A DNA stretch of 64,000 nt from Candidatus Omnitrophota bacterium (GCA_015228785.1 JADGCU010000002.1:16509-80508); one strand, 5' to 3'. Counted from the stretch's first letter, positions 19,566 to 30,248 are shown. Numbers and translations are program-made. Notes: generated by a model from the letters alone, not told the origin.

Positions 19566-19636
19566 GGGGCTTTTTTGATTGTTATAGAATGCCTCACAGA
19601 TCTCCTGTGGGGCATTTTTTTTCGAGGCATCTTTGT

Positions 19637-21430
19637 ATGAAGACATTTCTTCGGTCCAGGTGGCGTGTTCTATTCGTTTTGGCGCTCATAGGTTTTGCTG
19701 TTTATGCTAACGCGATAGGGAATCCTTTTGTTCATGATGATATTGTTTTTATTCAGCAAAATCCGAGTATTGGTCGTTGGGATGATATTGGGCTTGCTTT
19801 TATAAGACCCAGCATGTTGTCTGCTGAGGAAGCAATACGGGTTCCTTATTATCGACCTTTTCTCGAGGTTATTTATCGTCTTGAATTTTCTATCTTTGGA
19901 ATGAACCCGGCGGGGTTTCATTTCTTTAATATCGCGCTTCATATTCTTAATGCTTTTTTGGTATTTTTATTAGGGATTTCTTTGAGATTGCCGCGGGCAT
20001 GGTCGTTTTGTATTGCCCTAGTTTTTCTTGTTCATCCGTTACAGAGCGAGGCAGTCGCTTGTATTTCTGGTATATCTAATTTGATCACAACGGTCTTTTG
20101 TTTGGCAACGATGGTGTCTTATATGCGAGCGCGGGAGTCACTGCTTAAAGGCGCCGCACGATGGTCTTTTGTGACACCCATCTTTTTCTTTTTAGCGCTT
20201 TTTTCAAAAGAGCAGGCAGTTGCGGTTCCGTTTATTATTTTGGCTTATGAATTTCTATGGAGGAAGGGATTGTTTCAGTCATTCCTTCAATGGGTGCTGT
20301 TGGCCGTATTGTTTTGGATTTTAGCGGGATATCTGTTCTGGCGACAGGCGATGTTCCCGGGCATGATGAGCGGGGCGCTTCAGAATACAGGTGAGCTTCT
20401 TCTTCGTTTAGCCTCGATTCCCCGGACGGTCTTAGATTATCTGGGGATTATTTACTGGCCTTCGGACTTGCATTATTATCGTAGTGTCGATATCTTGTTG
20501 CCCAAAATTGTTCCAGCGCTTTTGTTTGTTTCTGTAGTTTCTTTGGTGATGACGGTTTGTTTGGTTCTTGTGGGTCGTCTTAGGCGTTGGGCTTGGCTTG
20601 GAGTGGCATGGTTCGCCGTTTCTCTTCTCCCGGTCTTGAATATTATTCCGCTTATTAATGAATACTCTTTTATTCTTACCGCAGAGCATTTCTTGTATTT
20701 ACCGCTTATTGGGGGTTTGATCTTTTCTGCTGCTGCTGTGGGGTGGGCCCATCGGACTTTGTATGGGGAGATTTCTCCTTTCGTGTGGCGGGGCATCTTT
20801 TTCATCATTCTCGTGATCTTCTCCGTGATGACCATCAGACAAAATTTTGTTTGGAGAGGGGAGATCCCGCTTTTTGAGAGGACGTTGGCTTTTGAGCCAG
20901 GGTTTGGACGTGTCCATCTGCTTTTGGCAAAGGCTTATGCTAAGGCGGGACGATTCCCTGAGGCGTTGGTGGAATACGCAAGGGGCTTGCGCATCATGGA
21001 GGATTATGTTAAAAAAGCGGGATTATCAAAGGCCCGGGATGTTTATTTGAATTACGTTCAGGAAGCTCATTTTGAACGAGGCGAGTGTTATCGGGCTATG
21101 GGGCGCTTGCGGGAATCTACCGAGGAATACCTTTGGGCACTTGGGATGAAGGCGCCTTCGGCATATGATGTGAGCAAGTGTACTAGCAGTGCGGCTAATA
21201 ATGTGGCGCTTAATTTTATTCGGACAGGAGACAGGGAGAGAGCCAGACGATTCTTTGAGCTGGCTATCAGGATTGATGCACATAGCGTTGAGGCCATGAA
21301 TAATCTTGGGATGTTCTTTTTGGAAGAAGGGCAGGCAGAGACAGCGATCTTTTGGTTTGAGCGAGCGATTAAAAGGGATCCGCTTTTTCATCCGGCTTGG
21401 GAAAACTTAAAACGTGTTCAGAATCTTTGA
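19637..21430 (+). CDS. TMTC-like GT-C membrane protein with C-terminal TPRs
   Basis: FVHDD, YYRP, HPLQSEAV, SKEQA and AEHFLYLP motifs, then TPR-like helices. Confidence 0.75.
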   Translation: MKTFLRSRWRVLFVLALIGFAVYANAIGNPFVHDDIVFIQQNPSIGRWDDIGLAFIRPSMLSAEEAIRVPYYRPFLEVIYRLEFSIFGMNPAGFHFFNIALHILNAFLVFLLGISLRLPRAWSFCIALVFLVHPLQSEAVACISGISNLITTVFCLATMVSYMRARESLLKGAARWSFVTPIFFFLALFSKEQAVAVPFIILAYEFLWRKGLFQSFLQWVLLAVLFWILAGYLFWRQAMFPGMMSGALQNTGELLLRLASIPRTVLDYLGIIYWPSDLHYYRSVDILLPKIVPALLFVSVVSLVMTVCLVLVGRLRRWAWLGVAWFAVSLLPVLNIIPLINEYSFILTAEHFLYLPLIGGLIFSAAAVGWAHRTLYGEISPFVWRGIFFIILVIFSVMTIRQNFVWRGEIPLFERTLAFEPGFGRVHLLLAKAYAKAGRFPEALVEYARGLRIMEDYVKKAGLSKARDVYLNYVQEAHFERGECYRAMGRLRESTEEYLWALGMKAPSAYDVSKCTSSAANNVALNFIRTGDRERARRFFELAIRIDAHSVEAMNNLGMFFLEEGQAETAIFWFERAIKRDPLFHPAWENLKRVQNL

Positions 21431-21437
21431 GGTTCCT

Positions 21438-22286
21438 ATGATGATTTGGTTGATTGTCGCTTTTGCTTTAGCTGCGTTAGGAGTTCTTTTGTTCATTGTT
21501 CTTCAAATGCCCGACGCGGTTCAGAAGAAACGTAAGAAAAAGAATGAGCCGCCTCCTGAACCCGTTAAGGATTGGAAGACTATTGCCGAAAGGGTAGAGA
21601 AGCGTCTTCATGCGACCGAGCAAACCCTGAGCGGAACTCTTGATGAGCTAAAAGGTCGTGATAAGAAGATTGCGGAATTGAACAAGTCGGCCGGGGAGAT
21701 GAAAAAGCAGTTTGATCAGGAGAAGGTATGGCGCGAGAAGGGGGAGGCATTGGTTGCCAAGGAAAAGAAACAGGAGCGTCTCCTTCAGGAAGAGCTTGAA
21801 AAGACCCGCACGGATCTTAATACAGAATCAACTCAGCGCATCAAACAGGAGTATGAGCTCAAGGAGTTGCGCCTGGCTCGCGAAGAATTGACTTCGCAGG
21901 TGCGAAAGCTTTCCGCACAAGGCATGCAGCTGGAGCGTGCTATTATCGATGCTCTTACAGAAAATAAGAAGTTTAAGGAAGAGAATTTTGAACTTAAGAA
22001 GAAAAAAGAGGGTGAAGAGTGGATCGCCAAGTCAGATTACAGGCGGCTTGAAGGGGTTTTAAAGCGTTCTCGCTGGGAGGTGGAGCAGTTTAAGAAGAAG
22101 ATCTCTGTTGCTGAGTGGCCGAAGGCTTTGCAGCCCAAGAGGACGGCTTCACCGGAGGCTTCAACGCCTGCGCAAAAGTCTTCCGTTGGAGAAAGTTCAA
22201 GATCAGCCGTAGAACAGGATCCTTCATCCAAGAATACTTCCCGAACGCCGGAAATAGAGAACAATTCGCCAGCACAAGGAGCTTGA
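21438..22286 (+). CDS. Membrane-anchored coiled-coil hypothetical protein
   Basis: N-terminal TM followed by a long E/K-rich heptad region. Confidence 0.7.
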   Translation: MMIWLIVAFALAALGVLLFIVLQMPDAVQKKRKKKNEPPPEPVKDWKTIAERVEKRLHATEQTLSGTLDELKGRDKKIAELNKSAGEMKKQFDQEKVWREKGEALVAKEKKQERLLQEELEKTRTDLNTESTQRIKQEYELKELRLAREELTSQVRKLSAQGMQLERAIIDALTENKKFKEENFELKKKKEGEEWIAKSDYRRLEGVLKRSRWEVEQFKKKISVAEWPKALQPKRTASPEASTPAQKSSVGESSRSAVEQDPSSKNTSRTPEIENNSPAQGA

Positions 22287-22288
22287 CC

Positions 22289-23317
22289 ATGCCTTTTGGG
22301 TACAGACAACGGATCCCCGATGCGGATGAAATTTTACAACAACTGCCCGTGAGCCCCAGACTTTTGGAAGTTAAGAAGAAGCGCGATCAGGAAATTATTG
22401 ATATTATTACAGGAAAGAGCACAAAGTTTCTTCTTGTGATCGGGCCATGCTCGGCTGACAATGAAGATGCGGTATGTGAGTATGTTTCTCTTCTTTCCAA
22501 GCTGCAGGACAGGGTGAAAGAGCGGCTCGTGCTTTTACCGCGGATCTATACTAATAAACCCCGCACGACCGGTATTGGTTATAAGGGGATGGCCCATCAG
22601 CCTGATCCTAATGAGGATCCTAATATTGTTGAGGGGATCCTGGCGATCAGGCGGATGCATATTCGGGCTTTGGGTGAGTCGGGGTTAAGCGCTTCTGATG
22701 AAATGCTTTATCCTGGGAATTATCCCTATTTGGAAGATCTTTTGAGTTATGTGGCGATCGGTGCGCGTTCTGTTGAGAACCAGGAGCATCGTCTGACGGT
22801 GAGCGGTCTTGATATTCCGGTGGGGATGAAGAATCCAATGAGTGGGGACATGACGGTTGTTATTAATTCTGTTCGTGCGGCCCAATCGCCACACATTTTT
22901 GCTTACAAGGGGTGGGAAGTGGATACGCCAGGGAATCCTTATATACATGCGATCCTTCGCGGGGCCGTGACGCCGTTTGGGCGTAGTATTCCTAATTATC
23001 ATTACGAAGACATTGCGCATCTTCGAAAGATTTATCAGGATTCGGGGCTTTTGAATCCTTCCGTGATCGTGGATGTTAGCCATTCGAATTCTGATCGGAA
23101 ATTTCAGGAACAGCCGCGAGTGGCGTATGAGGTTATGAACAGCCGTAAATATTCCGCTGAGATCAAGGATTTCGTCAAAGGTCTTATGATCGAGAGCTAT
23201 CTTGTCGAAGGTAAACAGGAACCTTCGGAGCAGGTGTATGGCAAGTCGATCACAGATGCCTGTCTCGGGTGGGCGACCTCGGAAACGTTGGTTCTTAAGA
23301 TCGCGGATATGGTGTAG
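22289..23317 (+). CDS. DAHP synthase, class I-alpha (AroF/G/H type)
   Basis: IGPCS, KPRTTG.GYKG, IGARS, GMKNP and SITDACLGW; SD AAGGAG. Confidence 0.92.
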   Translation: MPFGYRQRIPDADEILQQLPVSPRLLEVKKKRDQEIIDIITGKSTKFLLVIGPCSADNEDAVCEYVSLLSKLQDRVKERLVLLPRIYTNKPRTTGIGYKGMAHQPDPNEDPNIVEGILAIRRMHIRALGESGLSASDEMLYPGNYPYLEDLLSYVAIGARSVENQEHRLTVSGLDIPVGMKNPMSGDMTVVINSVRAAQSPHIFAYKGWEVDTPGNPYIHAILRGAVTPFGRSIPNYHYEDIAHLRKIYQDSGLLNPSVIVDVSHSNSDRKFQEQPRVAYEVMNSRKYSAEIKDFVKGLMIESYLVEGKQEPSEQVYGKSITDACLGWATSETLVLKIADMV

Positions 23318-23448
23318 TGTGTTTGTAAGGATAGGACCGTGTCTGGGACAAATGGTATAGAGGTACTTTTATGGTTAATAGGTTTTATGATCTATGATTT
23401 AACCTGAGAGTTTTTGAGAGATTAAACCGTTAGGGAAGGGAGATTTTT

Positions 23449-23940
23449 ATGATTTCAAAAAAGGTTGCTAAATTGATCAATCAGCAGATCGCGATCGAGG
23501 CAGAATCAGCCGCGATTTATTTGGCCATGGCTACATGGGCGGAGCACAATGCCTTTCGCGGCACCGCTTCTTTTATGTTCAAGCAGGCGGAGGAAGAACG
23601 TATTCATATGCACAAGTTTATTCATTTTCTTGCGGAAGTTGGCGAGCATGCTCAGATCGATGGGATGAAGGCGCCGAAGGCCAGTTACAAGGATATTCAG
23701 GAGGTTTTTGAGGCGTCGTTGGCGCATGAAAGACAGGTCACAGCCGCGATTAATAATATGATGACTGTTGCTCGCGCAGAGAATGATTATGCGGTTACTA
23801 GCTTCCTTAAGTGGTTCATCGATGAGCAGGTTGAGGAAGAGGCTGTCGCGCAACAGGCTTTAGATATTGTTAAAATGGCTGGTAAGGTGAGTCTTTATCT
23901 TGCGGATAAAGAAATTGGTGCCATGAAGGGCGGCAAGTAA
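23449..23940 (+). CDS. ftnA: Non-heme ferritin
   Basis: YLAMA, QAEEERIH, HERQVT and FLKWFIDEQVEEE. Confidence 0.92.
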   Translation: MISKKVAKLINQQIAIEAESAAIYLAMATWAEHNAFRGTASFMFKQAEEERIHMHKFIHFLAEVGEHAQIDGMKAPKASYKDIQEVFEASLAHERQVTAAINNMMTVARAENDYAVTSFLKWFIDEQVEEEAVAQQALDIVKMAGKVSLYLADKEIGAMKGGK

Positions 23941-23998
23941 ACATTGTTGTGATGGGAGAAACAGGCTGTTCTTGTAAGAGGGCAGTCTGTTTTTATTT

Positions 23999-25180
23999 AT
24001 GGCATATTTTTCACGTCGTACAAATTGGGATTTGGGAGAGAGCGTCCTTTCTCGGACACTGGAGGCCATGCGTGCGCAGGGCTCGCCATTTTTCGATCTT
24101 ACGGAATCGAATCCTACTCGTTGTGGGTTTTCCTATCCAGAAGAGCGTTTTCTCACGCCGTTGTCTTCGAAAGAAATCCTGACCTATGCGCCAATGTCCA
24201 AGGGAATGCCGGCGGCACGGGAGGCGTTGGTTCAGTATTATGCCAGGAAGGCGGTTTCTCTTTCATTAGAAGAGATTGTTTTAACCTCAAGCACATCAGA
24301 GGCGTATTCATTTCTTTTTCGTCTTTTGATGGAACCGGGGGACAAGGTCCTTATTCCTGCCCCCAGTTATCCGCTTTTTTCATATCTCGCGGATATTAAC
24401 GATGTGGTGGTTGATCATTATTTCCTTCGTTTGGAAGAAGGTCGCTGGCGAATTAATCTGGAATCTATTGAACAGGCCCTTGATAAGAAGACGCGAGCCA
24501 TTGTCTTGGTCAGTCCTAACAATCCCACAGGATCATTTATTAAGCAAGATGAGCTTGCGGCGCTCAATTGTCTGTGCGCGGCGCATAATTGCGCTCTTAT
24601 TTCCGATGAAGTTTTTGCTGATTATATTTTTCCCGGGCAGGAGAAAGAGTTTGTGTCGATAGCCGGGAATGCGGATGTTCTTTCTTTTGCGTTAGGTGGT
24701 ATCTCCAAGGCTCTTGCGCTTCCGCAGATGAAGCTTTCCTGGATCGCGGCTAATGGTCCTTGTAAAGTTCTTGCGGAGGCTCTTGAAAGGATCGAGGTTA
24801 TTGCGGATACATATCTTTCTGTCAATACACCGGTCCAGCATGCGGCGGCGATGTGGCTGCGTCATATGGGACCGATCCGTGATCAGGTGATGGCTCGGGT
24901 TGTTGGGAATTATGAACTATTGCGGCGTATGGCACATGAGAGTGGTTGTGCCGAATGTCTTCCTGTTGAGGGCGGATGGTATGCGATTCTTCATGTTCCT
25001 TCGCTTAAAGGTGATGAATCGTGGGCGATCAGGCTTCTTAAGGAGGCCGGTGTTTATGTTCATCCCGGGTTCTTTTTTGATTTTCAGGATGAAGAGCATG
25101 TGATCATAAGTCTTCTTCCGCAACATGTTATTTTCGAGAGTGGGGTTGGGCAACTTCTTCGTTTTTTAAAAGGCACTTAG
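23999..25180 (+). CDS. PLP-dependent aminotransferase class I/II
   Basis: SPNNPTG, ISDEVFADY and GISKALALP. Confidence 0.88.
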   Translation: MAYFSRRTNWDLGESVLSRTLEAMRAQGSPFFDLTESNPTRCGFSYPEERFLTPLSSKEILTYAPMSKGMPAAREALVQYYARKAVSLSLEEIVLTSSTSEAYSFLFRLLMEPGDKVLIPAPSYPLFSYLADINDVVVDHYFLRLEEGRWRINLESIEQALDKKTRAIVLVSPNNPTGSFIKQDELAALNCLCAAHNCALISDEVFADYIFPGQEKEFVSIAGNADVLSFALGGISKALALPQMKLSWIAANGPCKVLAEALERIEVIADTYLSVNTPVQHAAAMWLRHMGPIRDQVMARVVGNYELLRRMAHESGCAECLPVEGGWYAILHVPSLKGDESWAIRLLKEAGVYVHPGFFFDFQDEEHVIISLLPQHVIFESGVGQLLRFLKGT

Positions 25181-25262
25181 CATGTATTGCAAAAGTCAGT
25201 TTCTTTGCTAATATGGGGATGTTTTAAACAATCTTTTATAACTCTTTTAAAAGAGGTGGATT

Positions 25263-25736
25263 ATGGCGAGACCGAGTTGGGATGAATATTTTCTGAAATT
25301 AGCGATGTTGGCTTCAGAGCGGGCTACGTGTCCGCGGATGCATTGCGGATGTGTTTTGGTTAAAGATCGGGAGGTGATTGCGACCGGATATAATGGATCG
25401 ATCCCCGGAGATGCGCATTGCGAGGATGTGGGGTGTCTTGTTGTTGACAATCATTGTGTTCGAACCAATCATGCGGAGATGAACGCCCTCGTTCAAGCCG
25501 CCAAGAAGGGGCATATTGTTGATGGGGCTACAAGTTATGTTACCAATATGCCTTGCACGACGTGTGCCAAGGCTTTGATCGCGGCGGGTGTAAAGAGGGT
25601 CGTTGTTTTTTCGGATTATCATAGTACGCTCGCGACAGATTTCTTTGCCAAGGCTCAGGTTCGGATCGACAAGATTCCCATGCCTGCCAAAGATATCAAT
25701 TACGATCTTGATAGCTATAGTTCTGCTCGGAAATAG
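25263..25736 (+). CDS. dCMP deaminase (ComEB family)
   Basis: RPSWDEYF, TGYNG, HAEMNA and PCTTC. Confidence 0.9.
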   Translation: MARPSWDEYFLKLAMLASERATCPRMHCGCVLVKDREVIATGYNGSIPGDAHCEDVGCLVVDNHCVRTNHAEMNALVQAAKKGHIVDGATSYVTNMPCTTCAKALIAAGVKRVVVFSDYHSTLATDFFAKAQVRIDKIPMPAKDINYDLDSYSSARK

Positions 25737-25772
25737 TTCGGCGGAAAAAGAGAAGTACTGAAAAGGCATTTT

Positions 25773-26975
25773 ATGGCAATCCTTAAGGTTCACAAAGATC
25801 TTATTGTGGATGGACACAGTCCAGTTCGTCTGAAGGGGGTTAACCTCGGCGGGTGGCTGATGCCTGAGGGATATATTATGCATGCCCCTAATTGGGGGTA
25901 TCAGTTTTTTCGAAAGAAATTCATTAAGGCGATGGGCAACAAAGCGCTGGTGGAGCTTGAGCGGGCCTTTCGCGATAATTATATTCAGGAGGATGATTTC
26001 CGCCGCATTCGTTCCTTTGGGTTTAATTCTATTCGACTCCCGTTCCATTATGGGCTTGTTGAGACAAAGCCTTTTCAGTATTCCCAGGAAGGTGTGGGAT
26101 ATTTAGATCGTGCCATTTGTTGGGCGAAGAAGAATGATCTTCGTATCATTCTTGATATGCACGCGGCTCCTGGTGCGCAGAACTGTGATTGGCATGGGGA
26201 TTCTGATGGAAGAGCTCTTTTCTGGACAAAAAAGAGTTATCAAGATCGGGCTGCGGCGTTGTGGGGGTTTTTGGCAGATCGTTATAAAGATGAAGAGACC
26301 TTGGCGGGGTATGATTTGTTAAATGAGACGGTCTTGGAAGATCCCCGTCTTATGATTCGTTATTATCAGCAGGCCATTAAGGCCATTCGCGCGGTGGACA
26401 GGAAGCATATTGTTTTTGTTGAGGGGAATCGCTGGGCTCAGGAGATTACTTGTTTGGATGATATTTCGGATGACAATCTTGTTCTCGGCATTCATTTCTA
26501 TGAGCCGCTCGAGTTCACAGCTCTTCTTATTCCAGATCTTACATATCCTTTTAAAGGCGCAAAACCCTGGGGAAGCGCCATGATGCGTAAGCGTTTGGAA
26601 ATTGCGCGAAAGACCGCAGATCGTGCTGGGCGTCCCCTGTGGTGTGGGGAATTTGGGGTTCACAATGCTAATGGGCGCTTAGGTGAGGATCGTTGGGTTG
26701 CTGATATCCTGAGGCATTTTAAGGAGCTTGATATTCATTGGCATTATTGGACATGGAAGGCGATCAAGAATCATATGCTGCCGGATGGTGTTTATAGTTA
26801 TTTCCCTAATGATCCGTGGGTCAACCGTCTGGGGCCATTGACGGGATGGGAGACCTGGCACTTACATTGGAAAGATAACAAAAAGGCCATGTCTGCCTCA
26901 TGGAGAACAGAAGCATTTCAGGAAAACAAGAAGATCGGTCAAGTGTTACGACATGCCTCTCGAAAAGATCAGTAG
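25773..26975 (+). CDS. Glycoside hydrolase family 5; no signal peptide seen
   Basis: NLGGWL, RLPF, DMHAAPG, LLNE (acid/base), HFY and GEFG (nucleophile). Confidence 0.85.
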   Translation: MAILKVHKDLIVDGHSPVRLKGVNLGGWLMPEGYIMHAPNWGYQFFRKKFIKAMGNKALVELERAFRDNYIQEDDFRRIRSFGFNSIRLPFHYGLVETKPFQYSQEGVGYLDRAICWAKKNDLRIILDMHAAPGAQNCDWHGDSDGRALFWTKKSYQDRAAALWGFLADRYKDEETLAGYDLLNETVLEDPRLMIRYYQQAIKAIRAVDRKHIVFVEGNRWAQEITCLDDISDDNLVLGIHFYEPLEFTALLIPDLTYPFKGAKPWGSAMMRKRLEIARKTADRAGRPLWCGEFGVHNANGRLGEDRWVADILRHFKELDIHWHYWTWKAIKNHMLPDGVYSYFPNDPWVNRLGPLTGWETWHLHWKDNKKAMSASWRTEAFQENKKIGQVLRHASRKDQ

Positions 26976-27753
26976 TCCGCAGAATCCCGGTGTTAAACGT
27001 GTCATGAGATTGCGCTCGAAGAAGGGGCGTGATGCTAAGAATTTGACGATCGTGGAAGGTGTGCGTGAGGTCCGGCAGGCTTTGGCCGCGGGCTTTCGTT
27101 TTTCTGCTGTTTATGTTTGCCGTGAAGGTGTTTATCATTGTCCTTCGGAGATCGTCCAGGAACTTGAGGCTGCCAAGATCAAGGTATTTGATACCGCGTG
27201 CACGGTTTATGACAAGATCGCCTATGGTGACCGTATCGAGGGGGTGCTCGCTTTGGTCGAACCACCGGAGATCGGGCTTTCGGATCTTTCGTTGGGGGCC
27301 AATCCTTTTTTGATAGTATTAGAGAGAGTGGAAAAGCCAGGAAATTTAGGCGCAATTTTGCGTACCGCGGATGCGGCGGGCGTTGATGCGCTCATTGTCT
27401 GTGATGAGCTTTGTGATATTCATAATCCCAATGTGATTCGAGCGAGTTTGGGAGCGATCTTTGCCGTTCCAACGGTTTCTTGTACAAGTCAGGAGGCCCT
27501 TTCTTTTTTTCGCACGCGCGGGATCAAGATCGTTGCGGCCGTTGTTCAGGCAACAGAAAGTCTTTTTTCTAAAGATCTGACCGGGCCTTGTGCTGTTGTT
27601 TTGGGCAGTGAACAGGATGGATTAAGCGACCTGTGGGTTAAGAATGCTGATATTAAATTACGTATTCCCATGAAAGGAAAAGTGGATTCTCTCAACGTTT
27701 CTGTCTCCGCCGCAGTGATGGTCTACGAGGCACTCCGCCAGCGCAGCCTATGA
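26953..27753 (+). CDS. TrmH/SpoU-family RNA methyltransferase
   Basis: VEGVRE, EKPGNLGAILRTADA, GSEQDGL and SLNVS. Confidence 0.9.
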   Translation: MPLEKISSPQNPGVKRVMRLRSKKGRDAKNLTIVEGVREVRQALAAGFRFSAVYVCREGVYHCPSEIVQELEAAKIKVFDTACTVYDKIAYGDRIEGVLALVEPPEIGLSDLSLGANPFLIVLERVEKPGNLGAILRTADAAGVDALIVCDELCDIHNPNVIRASLGAIFAVPTVSCTSQEALSFFRTRGIKIVAAVVQATESLFSKDLTGPCAVVLGSEQDGLSDLWVKNADIKLRIPMKGKVDSLNVSVSAAVMVYEALRQRSL

Positions 27754-29702
27754 TTACCCTTACCAATGTTTCTAAGAACTTCGATGAGCGCATGCTTTTG
27801 GATAATGTGTCTTTGAGCATTTTTCCTAACGAGCGGATTGGCCTGACGGGTCCTAATGGAGCCGGCAAGACCACGATGTTTCATTTGATTCTCCGTGATA
27901 TGGAGCCAACGGATGGCGCTATCTCGATCCAGAAGGGTATTAAGATCGGCTATTTGCCGCAGGAGGCACATTTTGATTCCCAGCGGACCGTTATGGAGGA
28001 GGTTACATCTGGGGATGCGGAGATCCAGCGTCTGTTGGATGAGAAGCATACGATCGAGGAGGAAAATCGTGCGGGTGAGGCGCGTTATGGAGATATTCTA
28101 GAGCGTTTGGAAGCGCTCGGGATTTATGAACTTGAGCATCGCGCTGAGAAGATCCTGTCGGGTCTTGGATTTAAGGAGAATGAATTTCATAAGCCGATTA
28201 CGCAGCTTTCCGGTGGATGGCAGATGCGCACACTTTTGGCAAAGCTGCTGACGTATCAGTATGATCTTCTCTTGCTCGATGAGCCGACGAATTATCTCGA
28301 TCTTTCCGCGACGTTATGGCTTAAGGACTTTTTGGCAAATTATCCTGGAAGTTTTGTGATCATTTCGCATGATAAGATTTTTTTGAGGGATGTCACGAAT
28401 TATACGATTGTTCTTGAGAATGGGAAGATGGCCAAGGTCAAAGGGAATTATGAGGCGTATGAGGAGCAAAAGGATCTGGAGGCAAAGTCTCTCGAAAAGC
28501 AGCAGAAGGTGATTGAGAAGAAGAAGGATCAGTTGGAGCGATTTACGACCAGGTTTCATGCTCAGCCCAATCGGGCTTCGGCTGTTCAGAATAAAATGAA
28601 GATGTTGGAGAAACTTGAGGATCAGACGGTAGATCTGCCGCGTACCAAGATCAGCATCCGGGATTTCGAATTTCCTAAGACGACAGAGAGCGGCTATACA
28701 GTTTTAAATCTTGAGAACGTGAAGAAGGCTTACGCGGACAAGGTGATCTACACTGATTTGAATTTCGAGATCGTGAAGGGGCAGAAGGTTTGTTTGGTCG
28801 GTGAGAATGGTGCTGGTAAGTCGACGCTGTTAAAGATTCTCGCGGATGTGATTCCCTTTGACGGCGGTAAGCGCAAGCTTGGCTATGGTGTCAAGATGGG
28901 GTATTTTTCTCAAACACGTTTGGATGTTCTGAATCCGAGTCGGACTGTTTATGAGGAGCTCATGTCAGCGGTTACTGGGAGTTATCCGCAAACGCAAGCG
29001 CGCAATCTTTTAGGCATGTTTAATTATCACGGGGATGATGTATTTAAGTATGTTTCAATTCTTTCAGGTGGCGAGAAGAGTCGGTTGATTCTGGCTAAAC
29101 TCCTTATTAATCCGCCGAACTTCCTTTTGCTTGATGAGCCGACGACACATTTAGACGTGGCAGGGGTCGAAGCGCTTGTTAAGGCCCTTAAAGGTTATCA
29201 GGGGACGCTATGTTTCATCAGCCATGACCTTTTCTTTATCCGGGAGATAGCTAACCATATTGTTGAGGTCGACAATGGGGTGTTGCGCGAGTATCCTGGC
29301 GGCCTGGATTATTATCTGGAAAAGAAGCAGGGTCGTATGGCGGCGGATGAAGAGATGAGGAAGGCGGCGGCACGCAGGGCTTCTGAAGAGCAGAAGAAAG
29401 TGCGGCGTTCGCAGGAGAATGAACCGGAACATTTGCGGCAGGCGCGCGACAAGCACGAACAGGCGCTCAAGCGCGTTCAGCAGATCAAGAATGAGATCAA
29501 GAATCTAGAGAAAGAAGAAAAAGAGCTTGAGACGGAAACGTATATTAAGTCACGTGTGATGAATACGTCTTTCAGTGGGCGTGACCGCAGTGATATGGCT
29601 GAATGCGGGCGCAGGCTTAAGGAGATTCAGGTTCGTTTACGTGAGATCGAGGCAACACGTAAGAAATTGATTGAAGAGCGAGACCGAATCAATCAGGGGT
29701 AA
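27750..29702 (+). CDS. ABC-F family ribosome-associated ATPase
   Basis: Two ABC domains (GPNGAGKT, GENGAGKST; DEPTN, DEPTT), no TM segments, C-terminal coiled coil. Confidence 0.93.
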   Translation: MITLTNVSKNFDERMLLDNVSLSIFPNERIGLTGPNGAGKTTMFHLILRDMEPTDGAISIQKGIKIGYLPQEAHFDSQRTVMEEVTSGDAEIQRLLDEKHTIEEENRAGEARYGDILERLEALGIYELEHRAEKILSGLGFKENEFHKPITQLSGGWQMRTLLAKLLTYQYDLLLLDEPTNYLDLSATLWLKDFLANYPGSFVIISHDKIFLRDVTNYTIVLENGKMAKVKGNYEAYEEQKDLEAKSLEKQQKVIEKKKDQLERFTTRFHAQPNRASAVQNKMKMLEKLEDQTVDLPRTKISIRDFEFPKTTESGYTVLNLENVKKAYADKVIYTDLNFEIVKGQKVCLVGENGAGKSTLLKILADVIPFDGGKRKLGYGVKMGYFSQTRLDVLNPSRTVYEELMSAVTGSYPQTQARNLLGMFNYHGDDVFKYVSILSGGEKSRLILAKLLINPPNFLLLDEPTTHLDVAGVEALVKALKGYQGTLCFISHDLFFIREIANHIVEVDNGVLREYPGGLDYYLEKKQGRMAADEEMRKAAARRASEEQKKVRRSQENEPEHLRQARDKHEQALKRVQQIKNEIKNLEKEEKELETETYIKSRVMNTSFSGRDRSDMAECGRRLKEIQVRLREIEATRKKLIEERDRINQG

Positions 29703-29703
29703 T

Positions 29704-29964
29704 ATGCGTCTTAAATTAGATCTTCATTCTATCTTTTCGAACGATCGGGCCATTGATCAGGCACTTCATTCCATTATGGAGGAGGCTATTGACAAGCACG
29801 CTGAGTCTGTTGAGATCATTCCCGGTAAGGGTTCGGGACAGCTCAAGAAATCTGTCTTACGATTTTTGGAGAAGAATTATAAAGGACGCTACTCACGGAT
29901 TGAAAAGGATGATAAGAATTTCGGGCGCATCTTTGTTCATTTTAACTGGAATAAATTACGATAA
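29704..29964 (+). CDS. Stand-alone Smr-domain protein
   Basis: LDLH...EIIPGKGSGQLKKSV...NFGRIFVHF. Confidence 0.85.
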   Translation: MRLKLDLHSIFSNDRAIDQALHSIMEEAIDKHAESVEIIPGKGSGQLKKSVLRFLEKNYKGRYSRIEKDDKNFGRIFVHFNWNKLR

Positions 29965-29985
29965 GTAACAGAAATTTATTGATGT

Positions 29986-30023
29986 AGAAAAGAAAAGACC
30001 TCCTGCAAGGGCAAGAGGTCTTC
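29986..30023 (-). terminator. Intrinsic terminator of the 26-aa Lys-rich gene
   Basis: AAGACCTC...GAGGTCTT hairpin with a minus-strand U-rich tail. Confidence 0.7.
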
Positions 30024-30041
30024 AGGAAGAAAATAGAAAAC

Positions 30042-30122
30042 TTATTTCTTCTTGGCCACTTTCTTAGCAGGGGCTTTTTTGGATGCTTTCTTGGTGCATT
30101 TCTTTGTTGAACAGCAAGACAT
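30042..30122 (-). CDS. 26-aa Lys/Ala-rich microprotein MSCCSTKKCTKKASKKAPAKKVAKKK
   Basis: Manual translation; SD AAGGAG about 6 nt upstream; promoter TTGCCT-16-TAGAAT; downstream terminator. Confidence 0.75.
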   Translation of the reverse strand: MSCCSTKKCTKKASKKAPAKKVAKKK

Positions 30123-30194
30123 AGGATTCTCCTTTCTTAAAGTTTGATCAATTCTAGCACAGGGAAACAAAGAGGCAAAAACTTTTTTATAAAT

Positions 30195-30227
30195 GAAAAA
30201 CCCCTGATCTTGTTGCCAGGGGCTTTT
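30195..30227 (-). terminator. Intrinsic terminator of the 16-aa Lys-rich gene
   Basis: CCCCTG...CAGGGG hairpin flanked by A/T runs. Confidence 0.7.
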
Positions 30228-30248
30228 CGGACGAATAAAAAGCTCAGC

